This document shows positions 1 through 9,839 of a stretch of 64,000 nucleotides of DNA, piece by piece. Origin of the DNA: Candidatus Caenarcanales bacterium (GTDB lineage: Bacteria; Cyanobacteriota; Vampirovibrionia; LMEP-6097); assembly GCA_013216135.1 (NCBI GenBank), contig JABSOS010000005.1, positions 140,682 through 204,681 on the forward strand. The letters are read 5' to 3'. Positions within the stretch are counted from its first letter, which is position 1; each line of letters begins with the position of its first letter. The position numbers were made by a program, and so were the translations under genes. A model generated the notes under the pieces. It made no database searches and was not told the origin of the DNA. It worked only from the letters and a program-made list of their open reading frames with translations.

Positions 1-1471
1 ATGGTGTAATTCCATTCTGAGACTCATGTCTATCTAATTTTAGCGACAGCCCATTGATAGCATTAAGCTCAGTTTTCATGATATTCCAGTTATTGATTAG
101 ATCTTGTTCAGCTTGTGTTGGATCACCCATTATTGTGTCAGGATCTATCGCAAATGACGGGTCCTCAAGCATTGCTTCATATAAATATTTAACATCTCTA
201 ATATCAAAAGTTTTTGACGGATCTTTTGCATTACCGATATAGTCTTCAGAGACAGTGGTTACATCGTCCTTAAAAGCATTTATGAGTGAGGAAGTTGTTT
301 TGCCATCAAAACCTCTTGCAAAACTATCATATAACTCAGCACCTGCGGAATTTGCGGCATCAGAAATAGATGAAAATGCTACATTTGATAAGCTACCATC
401 ACCATAAGTACCTGATTGATCGCCTGAAAGTAAATCATAAAGGCTTCTGTTATCTTCTATGTATTTATCACTAGTTAGATCAAAGCTTTCTAGATAAACA
501 TTTACAAGAACTTCATAGTCACTACTTCCTGTTAACCCAAATTCAGCTTTATAATCAGTAATGAATTGAGTGATATTATTTTCATATTCGTTATTTTGAA
601 TTTTATGAAGCATATCATCATCTTTAACTTTTAAATTGCCATTGTTTAATAAGCGTAAGACTTGCTCGTTTAAAAATACTTGCTTGAATTCGTCTAAAGT
701 TAGACTTCCAAGATCGCTAGAATCGATATTATTTGCAAAATCATTAATTTCATCAAAAGCTGTGAGTTGATCTGCAGTGCTCATATTAATTCTTCCGTTA
801 GCATCAAGTGTAAATAGATCCATCGTTCTACCACCACTTAATAGATACTGTGTTTCTGTACCTGAACCGGATCCATTATAAACACTATCCCCATCATGAA
901 TAATGTTTTGTAAATTTTCTAATGCCTGATTTGCTCCAAGGTTTACAGTTGTAGTATTGATTCCCGTATCTAGGTTCATATCTCCAGTTGTGACGAGTGT
1001 TGTAGCATCAAATAAAGTATTGTTGTTAATAGTATTTAAAAAGTCTGCAAGATCAGTTTTACTAGGATCCACTAGATTATTATTATTTTTCAGTGAATTC
1101 TTTTTAAATTCTTTGCTGTCTACGATGTCAGTAATATTACCTTCTAATTGATTCAGGTATCCGAAGCTTACATCGCTGACATAATCTGCGATAAAGTCTA
1201 ATCTTTCGCTAGCTGATTGAACATAGTATTTTTGAGACTCATTCTGCCAATTTTCTGTAGTTGCCTGAGCATTTCCAGCAACTATATTTTCATTACTAAC
1301 TTCATAGCTAGTTAAAAATTGAATTTCACCACTCCCAGATACTTTTTGTATTTCGTTAGGGCTATTTTCTGATGGTATTACAGAGTCTAGATATTCAATA
1401 GAGTCACTGGTTTTTTGCTCCAGATCACTCAGAGAATTAGATACTATACTCCCTAATCGCTCTTGCTCCAT
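1..1471 (-). CDS. Large hypothetical protein, N-terminal about 490 aa; the gene continues past the window start (partial)
   Basis: Manual translation of the minus strand from the ATG at 1469-1471 (MEQERLGSIVSNSLSDLEQKTSDSIEYLD...) ran to the window edge without stops. The ORF track reports no complete ORF here, as expected for an edge-truncated gene. No domain recognised; Asn/Asp/Ser-rich. Confidence 0.5.
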   Translation of the reverse strand, partial: MEQERLGSIVSNSLSDLEQKTSDSIEYLDSVIPSENSPNEIQKVSGSGEIQFLTSYEVSNENIVAGNAQATTENWQNESQKYYVQSASERLDFIADYVSDVSFGYLNQLEGNITDIVDSKEFKKNSLKNNNNLVDPSKTDLADFLNTINNNTLFDATTLVTTGDMNLDTGINTTTVNLGANQALENLQNIIHDGDSVYNGSGSGTETQYLLSGGRTMDLFTLDANGRINMSTADQLTAFDEINDFANNIDSSDLGSLTLDEFKQVFLNEQVLRLLNNGNLKVKDDDMLHKIQNNEYENNITQFITDYKAEFGLTGSSDYEVLVNVYLESFDLTSDKYIEDNRSLYDLLSGDQSGTYGDGSLSNVAFSSISDAANSAGAELYDSFARGFDGKTTSSLINAFKDDVTTVSEDYIGNAKDPSKTFDIRDVKYLYEAMLEDPSFAIDPDTIMGDPTQAEQDLINNWNIMKTELNAINGLSLKLDRHESQNGITP

Positions 1472-1506
1472 GTAACGTATTTTAGATTAATTTGTTTAAG
1501 ACTTGG

Positions 1507-2124
1507 TTAAGCTAGAAGCTTTTGCTCTTTCATTACATCAACTATATGAGTTGCTGAGTTGAAGCAGGTTCCAGACCATAAAAAAGAGTATTTTTTGAAG
1601 TAACTTAGGTATTCTTTTCTTAGTTTAGTTATATGGACTAAGAATTGATTTTCTTTACTGACACTTGCATCAAAATTTAAATACCTCAGTACAAAATCAT
1701 TCTGAGCAAAGTCTTTTAGTCTAAAGATCGAATTTGAATCTTCAAGATCAACGTCAATACTACTAATCATCTCTTCAAGTACTATTCCAACTTGATTATA
1801 TGAAAGGGTATTTAGGTCAATTAGATTTTCATTAAATACTGTACTAATAGTAAGCTTAGTTATAGCTTTATTGTGAGCCTCGTAGTAGACGTTACCGTGT
1901 GGTAATTCTAATATGAATTCCCAGAGTCCCGTATCGCCATTAATGTATGCCTTAATAGTGACTTCATGCTCTTCAGAATTAGTAAGTTTAATGCCTTGTT
2001 CATAGTTCTTTTCTCTATCTAATGCGACTGTTAATGTATTTAAAAACTGTAAATTGTTAGCTGCTAACTCTAAAACTTTTAAACTTTCATCTAAATTAAG
2101 TGTTTGGTGTGAAAAATCTGTCAT
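1507..2124 (-). CDS. Hypothetical protein (205 aa)
   Basis: ORF directly downstream of, and co-directional with, the large edge gene. No recognisable motif. Confidence 0.5.
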   Translation of the reverse strand: MTDFSHQTLNLDESLKVLELAANNLQFLNTLTVALDREKNYEQGIKLTNSEEHEVTIKAYINGDTGLWEFILELPHGNVYYEAHNKAITKLTISTVFNENLIDLNTLSYNQVGIVLEEMISSIDVDLEDSNSIFRLKDFAQNDFVLRYLNFDASVSKENQFLVHITKLRKEYLSYFKKYSFLWSGTCFNSATHIVDVMKEQKLLA

Positions 2125-2145
2125 ATTGCTTCCCCTCTAAGCGTA

Positions 2146-2532
2146 TTATGCACTAGCCATTAATTCTGACTTGATTTTCCGGGCTTCACTGGTATCATGT
2201 CCATCATCATTACCTGAGCCAAACTCTGAATTGTTATTAAAATTAATATTATTGATGCCACTTTGGTTCATTGTTGCGGCTATTACTTCTGATACATCTG
2301 CTGCAACATTAGGATCTTGAATCATTTCACCTGTTTGAATATTTGCAGTGATTTCTTCAATTTGATCTTTACTGGAACTTATCTCGGCATCATCTGCTTT
2401 TCCAATAGATCTTCTCTCAAGAAGTTCCTTTAGCGCTGGACTATATTGTGGTGTCGATAAATTATTATTTATGCCGTCCATAAGAAAAACTTTTATCCCG
2501 ATCCTTTCTACTAGTCTGGATAACAAATACAT
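2146..2532 (-). CDS. Hypothetical protein (128 aa), acidic and Asn-rich
   Basis: ORF first in a co-directional trio (2532->1). No recognisable motif. Confidence 0.45.
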   Translation of the reverse strand: MYLLSRLVERIGIKVFLMDGINNNLSTPQYSPALKELLERRSIGKADDAEISSSKDQIEEITANIQTGEMIQDPNVAADVSEVIAATMNQSGINNINFNNNSEFGSGNDDGHDTSEARKIKSELMASA

Positions 2533-2562
2533 ATTAAGAATTAGTTATGGATGGGCAGTCAC

Positions 2563-3165
2563 TTATGACTTAACGAGGTAATTTTCTGAGAGTTTTTCCA
2601 TATATTTAGCTAGGACATCTACTTCAATATTGACATTATCACCAGATTTAAGAGCTTTAAGGTTAGTTTTTTCCCATGTTGCTGGAATTATTGTTACGTA
2701 AAAGTAGTCATTGCCGACATCAACTACAGTGAGGCTTATCCCAGAAATAGAGATGGAGCCTTTTTTAATGATGTATTTCGTATAATTCTCAGGAATTTTA
2801 AAGTAAAGGTCATAACTACCATTTTGGTCAATAACTTTATCAAGCTCAGCTATGGTATCTACGTGTCCTTGGACAATATGTCCCCCTAACCTATCTTCAG
2901 CTTTTAAGCAGCGCTCTAAATTTACTTCAGATCCTACTTCTAAGTGCTTTAATGTAGTGACGTCTAGGGTTTCCTTAACTGCTGTAACTTTAAATGAAGA
3001 ATCTGTAAATGAAGTAGCTGTTAAACATACACCATTGATCGCTATGCTATCTCCTTCATGAATATCTTCAAGAATTAGCTTTACTTTAATAGTTATATGC
3101 AAATTAGTATTTTCCCAGTCTAAGCTGAGAATCTTTCCAGTTTCTTCTATGAGTCCAGTGAACAT
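2563..3165 (-). CDS. ribE: Riboflavin synthase alpha subunit
   Basis: N-terminus MFTGLIEETGKI and two lumazine-binding repeats (GDSIAINGVCLT / GSISISGISLTVV); about 200 aa. Confidence 0.9.
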   Translation of the reverse strand: MFTGLIEETGKILSLDWENTNLHITIKVKLILEDIHEGDSIAINGVCLTATSFTDSSFKVTAVKETLDVTTLKHLEVGSEVNLERCLKAEDRLGGHIVQGHVDTIAELDKVIDQNGSYDLYFKIPENYTKYIIKKGSISISGISLTVVDVGNDYFYVTIIPATWEKTNLKALKSGDNVNIEVDVLAKYMEKLSENYLVKS

Positions 3166-3291
3166 AACTGTAGTTTACTATAAACGAAGGGTGCTTTTTC
3201 AATATCAAGGCAAATTTGAGCAACAAAGCTGACGTAAATGAGGCGCGTAGCGGAAAATTTAACGCAGAGCTTGAGACAGCAAGCGAGTTTA

Positions 3292-3846
3292 TTAGATCAT
3301 TTCTGCTTTGATGATTTTCACAGGATTAGAACAACCATCATCTCCTGGGAAAGGAGGAACATTTTCTTTAACTATAGTTTTTACTACATCCATTCCTTCG
3401 ATAACTTGTCCGAAGATAGCGTAGCCATATGGATCAACTCCACCTGGATCTAGACTAGGTAGTGGTTCTAAGTCGATAAAGAATTGAGAGCTTGCAGAAT
3501 CAGGATCTGAAGTTCTAGCCATAGCTACGACTCCTTCTTTATCGTGACGGAAATTAGTTTTTTCCATCTTAATATATCTTGGTTTATTGGTTTCTGGATC
3601 TTCAAAGTTTCCAGTCCCTGTTCCGTAAGGGCAACCACCTTGAACTACGAAGCCAGGAATGATTCTATGAAAGCCGATACCGTTATAAAAACCTCTGCTT
3701 ACTAGATCTTTAAAGTTTCCAGCTGTAATAGGAGCTTCTTTAAGGTAAAGTTTGATTTTAATGTCACCTTTTTCTGTTTTTAATAAGGCAACATCTTTAG
3801 CAGTTTCTGCTTTTTCTTCTTTAGGTTTAAGTTCTTGTGATTCCAT
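3292..3846 (-). CDS. Cyclophilin-type peptidyl-prolyl cis-trans isomerase
   Basis: FHRIIPGFVVQGGCP...GTGTG cyclophilin core. Start placed at the internal MESQ. The track ORF extends upstream to 4071 through a signal-peptide-like stretch lacking an ATG and overlaps rplS. Confidence 0.8.
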   Translation of the reverse strand: MESQELKPKEEKAETAKDVALLKTEKGDIKIKLYLKEAPITAGNFKDLVSRGFYNGIGFHRIIPGFVVQGGCPYGTGTGNFEDPETNKPRYIKMEKTNFRHDKEGVVAMARTSDPDSASSQFFIDLEPLPSLDPGGVDPYGYAIFGQVIEGMDVVKTIVKENVPPFPGDDGCSNPVKIIKAEMI

Positions 3847-3961
3847 CGTTATTTTCCCTTTAGAGTTTGATTTTGAAGTATCTAAAGCAAAAACAGAAGA
3901 TGTTAGAAAACTAACATTAATAATATAGAAAGCAAATAAAAAGAATAATGAGAGTTTAGTC

Positions 3962-4417
3962 TTACTCTGCAGCTTTTTCTGCTTCAGTGTTAGGTGTAGC
4001 TTCAGGTTTTGCTTTTGCATCATCTTTAACTTTAGCTGCTTTTTTTGCTGACTTGTTAGCCATAGCAGCATTTTGAATAGTTTTAAGTCTAGTAGCTTTA
4101 GTACCTATTCTACTTCTTAGGTAATATAACTTAGCTCTTCTAGTTTTACCACTTCTAATAACCTTAATTTTTCTGATTTTAGGTGAGTGTAATAGGAAAG
4201 TTCTTTCGATACCGATTCCTTGGAAAATTCTTCTAACTCTGAAAGTTTTATTAACTCCAGTACCTGAAATAGCAATAATTAAACCTTCGAAGTACTGAGA
4301 ACGTTCTTTTTTCCCTTCCTGGATAATAGTCTCAACTTTAACAGTGTCACCAACTCTAACTTCTGGTGGTTGTTCTTTTAACTGTTTTGCTTCGATTTCT
4401 TTAATTAGTTGGTTCAT
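3962..4417 (-). CDS. rplS: 50S ribosomal protein L19 with a Lys/Ala-rich C-terminal extension
   Basis: MNQLIKEIE...VRVGDTVKV...FEGLIIAISG...RVRRIF is the canonical L19. The C-terminal approximately 35 aa form a Lys/Ala-rich tail. Confidence 0.9.
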   Translation of the reverse strand: MNQLIKEIEAKQLKEQPPEVRVGDTVKVETIIQEGKKERSQYFEGLIIAISGTGVNKTFRVRRIFQGIGIERTFLLHSPKIRKIKVIRSGKTRRAKLYYLRSRIGTKATRLKTIQNAAMANKSAKKAAKVKDDAKAKPEATPNTEAEKAAE

Positions 4418-4559
4418 TATTATGCCTCGAATTTAACATTATAGTATTAATAATTTGTTTTTGCATATAATTTTTTAAGTTATTTAATATTTCATTTTAT
4501 GCTTAATCTATTTTTAAGGTCAGCTATCAATAATAGCTATACTTGGAAGAGTAATCTGT

Positions 4560-6089
4560 ATGAAAAGACTTTCATTTCTAGTATTTTTGTTGTTCTTTTT
4601 TAGCATTCCGGTTAAGGCTGCAGGTATTTTAGCTGTTTGTGAAGATGGGCGTCTTCCTACTAATTGTCCTAGAAATAGCATTAAATTTCCAACATATGAA
4701 ATTACTGGTAACAGGACAATAGTGGAATACAGAATTGACCCAGGAGCTTTAGGAGATTTTAACTCCTCGACTTTAGAATCTTCGGTTTCTGAGATCTTAA
4801 CTAAATGGGAGGATATTTCTAGTCTTGATATTCAAGCTGAAGGAAATGGTTTTATCCCCTTTGATGTTAATCCAAGTAATTACCAATCAATTCTTGAACC
4901 ATCCTCACCTTTAGGTTACAGCCCTATAGTTTTTGATGATAATGGTGCAATTCTTACTGATATTTTAGGATTCGGGGCGAGGCAGGATGTTTTAGGTTTT
5001 GCAGCTACGCGTTTTTATACCACTAGAAATGGAGCTATTGAAAATATTTTTGAATCACAGACTTTAATAAACGGTTTTTTGTTTACTCTAAGAAATAGAC
5101 CTGACTTTAATAGTGAGGCTGAAATGTTGGATAATTTCAAAACTACTGTTCTCCATGAGTTTGCACATATGGTTGGTTTAGACCATAGCCAGGGTGGACA
5201 GGTTGATGACTTCTTAGATTTGGGGTCTGGTTTGAGTGATGAGCAAAAAAGTACTTTTCCTGTTATGTTTCCAGTAGCTATTAATCCTACTCTAGACCTT
5301 CAACGAGATGATATTGTTGCGATGAACATAGGGTATCCTCGAAACTCTATAGTATCTGGTACTGCAAGCATCAGTGGCAGTGTTATTAATGGTAATAATG
5401 GCGTAAGAGCCGTAAATGTAATTGCTTATAATATAGATGATCCTTTAGGTGAACTTGTTACTTCTGTTACTGACATAGATGGAAAGGATCAAGGTAATTT
5501 TTTCATTCCAAGTTTAAATCCAGGTACTTACGTGCTTAAAATTGAACCTATTGCTAATGCTTTTGTTGGTGGATCATCAGTTGGGATTCATGCACCAGAT
5601 TCAAATACTTCTTCTATTCCTTCAGCATTCTATAATGGATCTGAAGATTTATTATTAGGTTTAAATTTAGAGCAAGGTTTAAGCCAAGCTTTTCCTATAG
5701 TTTTAACTGCTGGTCAAGAGTTAGAAAATATTACTATAAATATAGGTGAAGAACCTAAGAGCTTTAGTCTAAGAGGGCGTGCTGTAAATAGTTTAAATTT
5801 TCTCAATGTTGGACGAAATTCTAGAGCTAATTTAAGAATAGTGAAAGAAGGAAGTGGAACTAGATTAATTACTCTTTCCACGCCAAACCCTGAGCTTGTT
5901 AGCTTTTCCAGAAATCCTGTAAGGATAGGGGTAAGACGTAACGCAAAAAGAGTAAGGGTTAGATTTAGACCATTTAATGAATTTTTAGCTATTTTCCCAA
6001 GCTTAAGTAGTTCTACTATTGAAATTCCAATCACTGCAACAGATACAGTTACAGGAGATTCTGTTACTACTAATATAGAGGTATTTTGA
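4560..6089 (+). CDS. Secreted metzincin-like zinc metalloprotease (paralog 1)
   Basis: Signal peptide (MKRLSFLVFLLFFFSIPVKA) and the HEFAHMVGLDH (HExxHxxGxxH) zinc-binding signature. About 80% identical to the adjacent gene. Confidence 0.6.
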   Translation: MKRLSFLVFLLFFFSIPVKAAGILAVCEDGRLPTNCPRNSIKFPTYEITGNRTIVEYRIDPGALGDFNSSTLESSVSEILTKWEDISSLDIQAEGNGFIPFDVNPSNYQSILEPSSPLGYSPIVFDDNGAILTDILGFGARQDVLGFAATRFYTTRNGAIENIFESQTLINGFLFTLRNRPDFNSEAEMLDNFKTTVLHEFAHMVGLDHSQGGQVDDFLDLGSGLSDEQKSTFPVMFPVAINPTLDLQRDDIVAMNIGYPRNSIVSGTASISGSVINGNNGVRAVNVIAYNIDDPLGELVTSVTDIDGKDQGNFFIPSLNPGTYVLKIEPIANAFVGGSSVGIHAPDSNTSSIPSAFYNGSEDLLLGLNLEQGLSQAFPIVLTAGQELENITINIGEEPKSFSLRGRAVNSLNFLNVGRNSRANLRIVKEGSGTRLITLSTPNPELVSFSRNPVRIGVRRNAKRVRVRFRPFNEFLAIFPSLSSSTIEIPITATDTVTGDSVTTNIEVF

Positions 6090-6093
6090 CGCA

Positions 6094-7623
6094 ATGAAAA
6101 GACCTTCATTTCTAGTACTTTTGTTTTTCTTTTTTAGCATTCCAGTGAGTGCAGCAGGTATTTTAGCTGTTTGTAATGATGGTGGTGACCCTAGTAACTG
6201 TTCTAGAAATAGTATTCAGTTTCCTACTTATGATATCTCTGGAAATAGAGCAGTCGTTGAATACAGGATTGATCCAGGTAGTTTAGGAGATTTTAGTTCT
6301 TCTACTTTAGAGACTTCTGTTTCTGAGATTTTAGATACTTGGGAAGATGTTTCGAGTTTAGATTTTCAGACTGAGGGAAATGGTTTTATTCCTTTTGATG
6401 TTAATTCAAGTAATTATGAATCTATCCTTTTTCCATCTTCTCCGCTTGGGTATAGTCCTATTGTTTTTGATGATAATGGTACTATCTTGACAGATATTTT
6501 GGGGGCTGGAGCGAGGCAAGATATTTTAGGCTTTGCTGCTGCTCGCTTTTTTACTACTAGAAATGGTGTTGTCCAAAATATTTTTGAATCTCAGTCATTA
6601 ATTAATGGTTTTTTATTCACACTTAGTAATAGACCTGATTTTACTAGTGAAGCTGATATGCTCGCTAATTTTAAAACTACTATTCTTCACGAATTTGCAC
6701 ATATGGTTGGGATAGACCATAGTCAAGGTGGGCAGATTGAAGATTTCCTTGATTTAGGATCTCGTTTAAGTGATGAACAAAAAAGTACTATTCCTGTGAT
6801 GTTTCCTATCGCAATTAATCCGACTTTAAGATTGCAGCGAGATGATATCGCTTCTGTTAATATTGGTTACCCAAAAAATTCAGTGGTAAGTGGCACGGCA
6901 AGTATCAGTGGTAGTGTCATTAATGGTAATGATGGTGTTAGAACTGCAAATGTAATTGCTTACAATATTGATAATCCTTTAGAGGAACTGGTTAGCTCTG
7001 TAACCGACGTAGATGGAAGAGATCAGGGTAATTTTGTTATTCCTAATTTGACTCCAGGTACTTATGTGATTAAAGTTGAACCTATTGCTGATGATTTTGT
7101 TGGTGGTTCTGTTGTTGGGATACATGAGCCTGATTCAAATACTTCTTCAATACCTTCAGCTTTTTATAATGGTTCTGATGACTTACTTTTAGACCTAAAT
7201 TTAGATCAAGGTTTAAGCCAAGCATTTCCTATCGTGTTAACTGCTGGTCAAGATTTAGAGAATCTTACTATTAATATAGGTGAAGATCCTAAGAGCTTTA
7301 GTCTGAGAGGAAGAGCTGTAAATAGTCTTAATTTTCTTAATGTCGGACGAAGATCTAGAGCTAATTTAAGAATTGTAAAAGAAGGGACGGGGATTAGACT
7401 TGTTACTCTTTCTAGTCCTAATCCTGAGTTAATAAGCTTTTCTAGAAACCCTGTAAGAATAGGTTTAAGACGCAACGCAAAAAGAATCAGGGTTAGTTTT
7501 AGACCATTTAATGAATTTATAACTACTTTCCCTGATTTGAATAACTCTACTGTAGAAATTCCTATAACTGCTACTGACACTGTTACGGGAGATACTGTTA
7601 CTACTAATATTGAGATTTTTTAA
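6094..7623 (+). CDS. Secreted metzincin-like zinc metalloprotease (paralog 2, tandem duplicate)
   Basis: Signal peptide, HEFAHMVGIDH motif, same length (509 aa) and collinear with 4560-6089. GAGG RBS. Confidence 0.6.
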   Translation: MKRPSFLVLLFFFFSIPVSAAGILAVCNDGGDPSNCSRNSIQFPTYDISGNRAVVEYRIDPGSLGDFSSSTLETSVSEILDTWEDVSSLDFQTEGNGFIPFDVNSSNYESILFPSSPLGYSPIVFDDNGTILTDILGAGARQDILGFAAARFFTTRNGVVQNIFESQSLINGFLFTLSNRPDFTSEADMLANFKTTILHEFAHMVGIDHSQGGQIEDFLDLGSRLSDEQKSTIPVMFPIAINPTLRLQRDDIASVNIGYPKNSVVSGTASISGSVINGNDGVRTANVIAYNIDNPLEELVSSVTDVDGRDQGNFVIPNLTPGTYVIKVEPIADDFVGGSVVGIHEPDSNTSSIPSAFYNGSDDLLLDLNLDQGLSQAFPIVLTAGQDLENLTINIGEDPKSFSLRGRAVNSLNFLNVGRRSRANLRIVKEGTGIRLVTLSSPNPELISFSRNPVRIGLRRNAKRIRVSFRPFNEFITTFPDLNNSTVEIPITATDTVTGDTVTTNIEIF

Positions 7624-8291
7624 TGCTAAAGCTTTTAGATTTAGAAATCAGAAATCCAACTGATCTTAGTCTAGAAGATTATAAAGCAGCTCAGCATATA
7701 GTGACTATGAATATTGAGCAGCTTGTGTTAGCTGATGAAGACTTTGACTATAAAAAGGTTTTAAAAGAAGCTTGTTGTATTATCCCTGATGGTGAATCGA
7801 TAGCTCTTCTTTCTAGATTGCTTGGGAAGCCAGTGAAGAAGTATGCTGGGATTGATTTAGCAAGTGATCTTATTAATAATTCTGAGAACGTAGTTTTTTG
7901 GGGGGCTTCTGAAGAAGTGAATGACACTCTGAAAGACTCTTTTCAAAATGGAATATATTTCCAGAATGGATTTTATGATCATGAAGATGAAATTACTTTG
8001 ATAGACAAAATCCCTAAAGCTAAAATTGATTTATTTTTAGTTGCACTTGGAAGCCCGCGGCAAGAGCTTTTTATAAATAAATATAAAGATTATTTTCCAG
8101 ATACTACCTTTATCGGTGTTGGAGGTTCTTTTGATATATGGGCTGGAAAGCTTGCTAGAGCTCCAAAGTATATGATTGATATGAAACTTGAATGGCTATA
8201 CCGTATATACCAAGAGCCTTACAGAATCAGAAAGTTTTCAAAGAATTTACTCGCTTTACTGAAATTCTTGTTTTATAATGGCAGTATATGA
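7623..8291 (+). CDS. WecB/TagA/CpsF-family (GT26) glycosyltransferase
   Basis: C-terminal GVGGSFDIWAGKLARAPKYMIDMKLEWLYRIYQEPYRIRKF is typical of WecG/TagA. Start overlaps the upstream stop (TAATG). Confidence 0.75.
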   Translation: MLKLLDLEIRNPTDLSLEDYKAAQHIVTMNIEQLVLADEDFDYKKVLKEACCIIPDGESIALLSRLLGKPVKKYAGIDLASDLINNSENVVFWGASEEVNDTLKDSFQNGIYFQNGFYDHEDEITLIDKIPKAKIDLFLVALGSPRQELFINKYKDYFPDTTFIGVGGSFDIWAGKLARAPKYMIDMKLEWLYRIYQEPYRIRKFSKNLLALLKFLFYNGSI

Positions 8292-9838
8292 AATTCACCC
8301 TTAAGAAGTTAGATCTTGAAAAGAGTTTAGGAAATCTTAGTAAAGCTTCTCAATTAAAGTCGGATGCTTTAGTTATAACTAGTTATCAGTTAGCTGATAC
8401 GAAAAAGAAAAAGTTAAGTGGTCTTGTTGCTGCTTTTGATGAAACTTTAGGTGGTGTTATCACTGACTTAGTTAATGATGAGAATTTTAAATTTAAAACT
8501 GGGGAAACCACTAGTGTTCGTTTAAGTGGTTCAGAAAGAGCAGCTTTTGCTTTAGGTCCTATTAAAAAAGTAATTTTAGTTGGGCTTGGTGAAGAAGAAG
8601 AATTTGATAAAAAAGCTGAAAGAAAGGTTGCTGCAAGCATTTTAAGAAAAGCTAAGTCTGAAAAAATCACAAGTCTTGCTGTTGATAGCTTTGGTGATAT
8701 TGGTCTTTTAGTTGAGACTTTAGGTCTTGTGAATTATGAATTCACAAAGTATAAGTCTTCAGATGATAAGGATGATAAAAAACAACTATCTGAAATTACT
8801 ATTTTAAGTAGTTCAGTTACAGCGAAGGAAAAAGAAGCTGTTGCTAAGTCTGAGATTATTATTGATTCAGTTAATAAAGCAAGGGATTTAGTTTGGGAGC
8901 CAGCTTGTGTAGTTAACCCTACTTACCTTGCTAAAGAAGCTAAGAAAATTAAAGGTACTGGAATTACTGTAAAAGTAATGGAAAAAGCTCAGTGTGAAAA
9001 GCTTGGTATGGGTGCTTACTTAGCTGTAGCTCAAGCTGGTGGTCAACCTCCTAAGTTTATTGAGATGAGTTATAAGCCTAAAGGTAAAATCAAAAAGCAC
9101 ATTGCTATCGTAGGTAAAGGAGTTACTTTTGATAGTGGTGGTTTAAGTTTAAAGCCTTCTAAAGCGATGGAGATGATGAAGGAAGATATGTCTGGTTCAG
9201 CAGCTACTATAGGGTTAATGAATGCTATCGCTAAGCTTCAACCTGCTGGAATTCAAGTTACAGGAATTATTGCAGCTACTGAAAATATGCCTAGTGCTTC
9301 TGCTTATAAGCCAGGTGATGTTATCACTGCGATGAATGGGAAGACTATTGAAGTTAACAATACTGACGCAGAGGGACGTTTAACTTTAGCTGATGCTGTA
9401 GCTTATGTTTCACAGAAAAATCCTGATGAGATTATTGATATCGCGACTCTTACAGGTGCTTGTATGGTAGCTCTAGGAAATACATGTGCTGGGATTATGA
9501 CTAATAATCAAGATTTACTTGACCTTGTCAAAGCTGTTGCTGATGAGCAAGGTGAGAATATGTGGCAACTTCCACTTTATGATGAGTATAAAGAGAAACT
9601 AAAATCTACTATCGCTGATTTAATCAATGCTGGTTCTGGAGGACAAGCTGGAGCACAGAATGGTGGTCTATTTATTCAGGAATTTGTAGGTAATAAAGGA
9701 ACTACTAAGAAGCCTATTCCATGGTTACATATTGATATCGCTGGACCCTGTTGGTTAGATGATGCGAGTGACTGGTCACCTAAAGGTGCTTCTGGTATTC
9801 CGGTTAGAACGCTTTTAAATTATATTTTGAGTGTTTAA
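8288..9838 (+). CDS. pepA: Leucyl aminopeptidase (M17)
   Basis: NTDAEGRLTLADA signature; VGKGVTFDSGG; 516 aa. Confidence 0.85.
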   Translation: MKFTLKKLDLEKSLGNLSKASQLKSDALVITSYQLADTKKKKLSGLVAAFDETLGGVITDLVNDENFKFKTGETTSVRLSGSERAAFALGPIKKVILVGLGEEEEFDKKAERKVAASILRKAKSEKITSLAVDSFGDIGLLVETLGLVNYEFTKYKSSDDKDDKKQLSEITILSSSVTAKEKEAVAKSEIIIDSVNKARDLVWEPACVVNPTYLAKEAKKIKGTGITVKVMEKAQCEKLGMGAYLAVAQAGGQPPKFIEMSYKPKGKIKKHIAIVGKGVTFDSGGLSLKPSKAMEMMKEDMSGSAATIGLMNAIAKLQPAGIQVTGIIAATENMPSASAYKPGDVITAMNGKTIEVNNTDAEGRLTLADAVAYVSQKNPDEIIDIATLTGACMVALGNTCAGIMTNNQDLLDLVKAVADEQGENMWQLPLYDEYKEKLKSTIADLINAGSGGQAGAQNGGLFIQEFVGNKGTTKKPIPWLHIDIAGPCWLDDASDWSPKGASGIPVRTLLNYILSV

Positions 9839-9839
9839 T

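Noticed and set aside
5714-7580. Antisense ORFs 5714-6109 and 7248-7580 inside the two metalloprotease genes
   Set aside because: They lie in the mirror frame of well-supported sense genes, are Leu/Ser/Ile-rich as expected for antisense of AT-rich coding DNA, and occur in both copies only because of the duplication.
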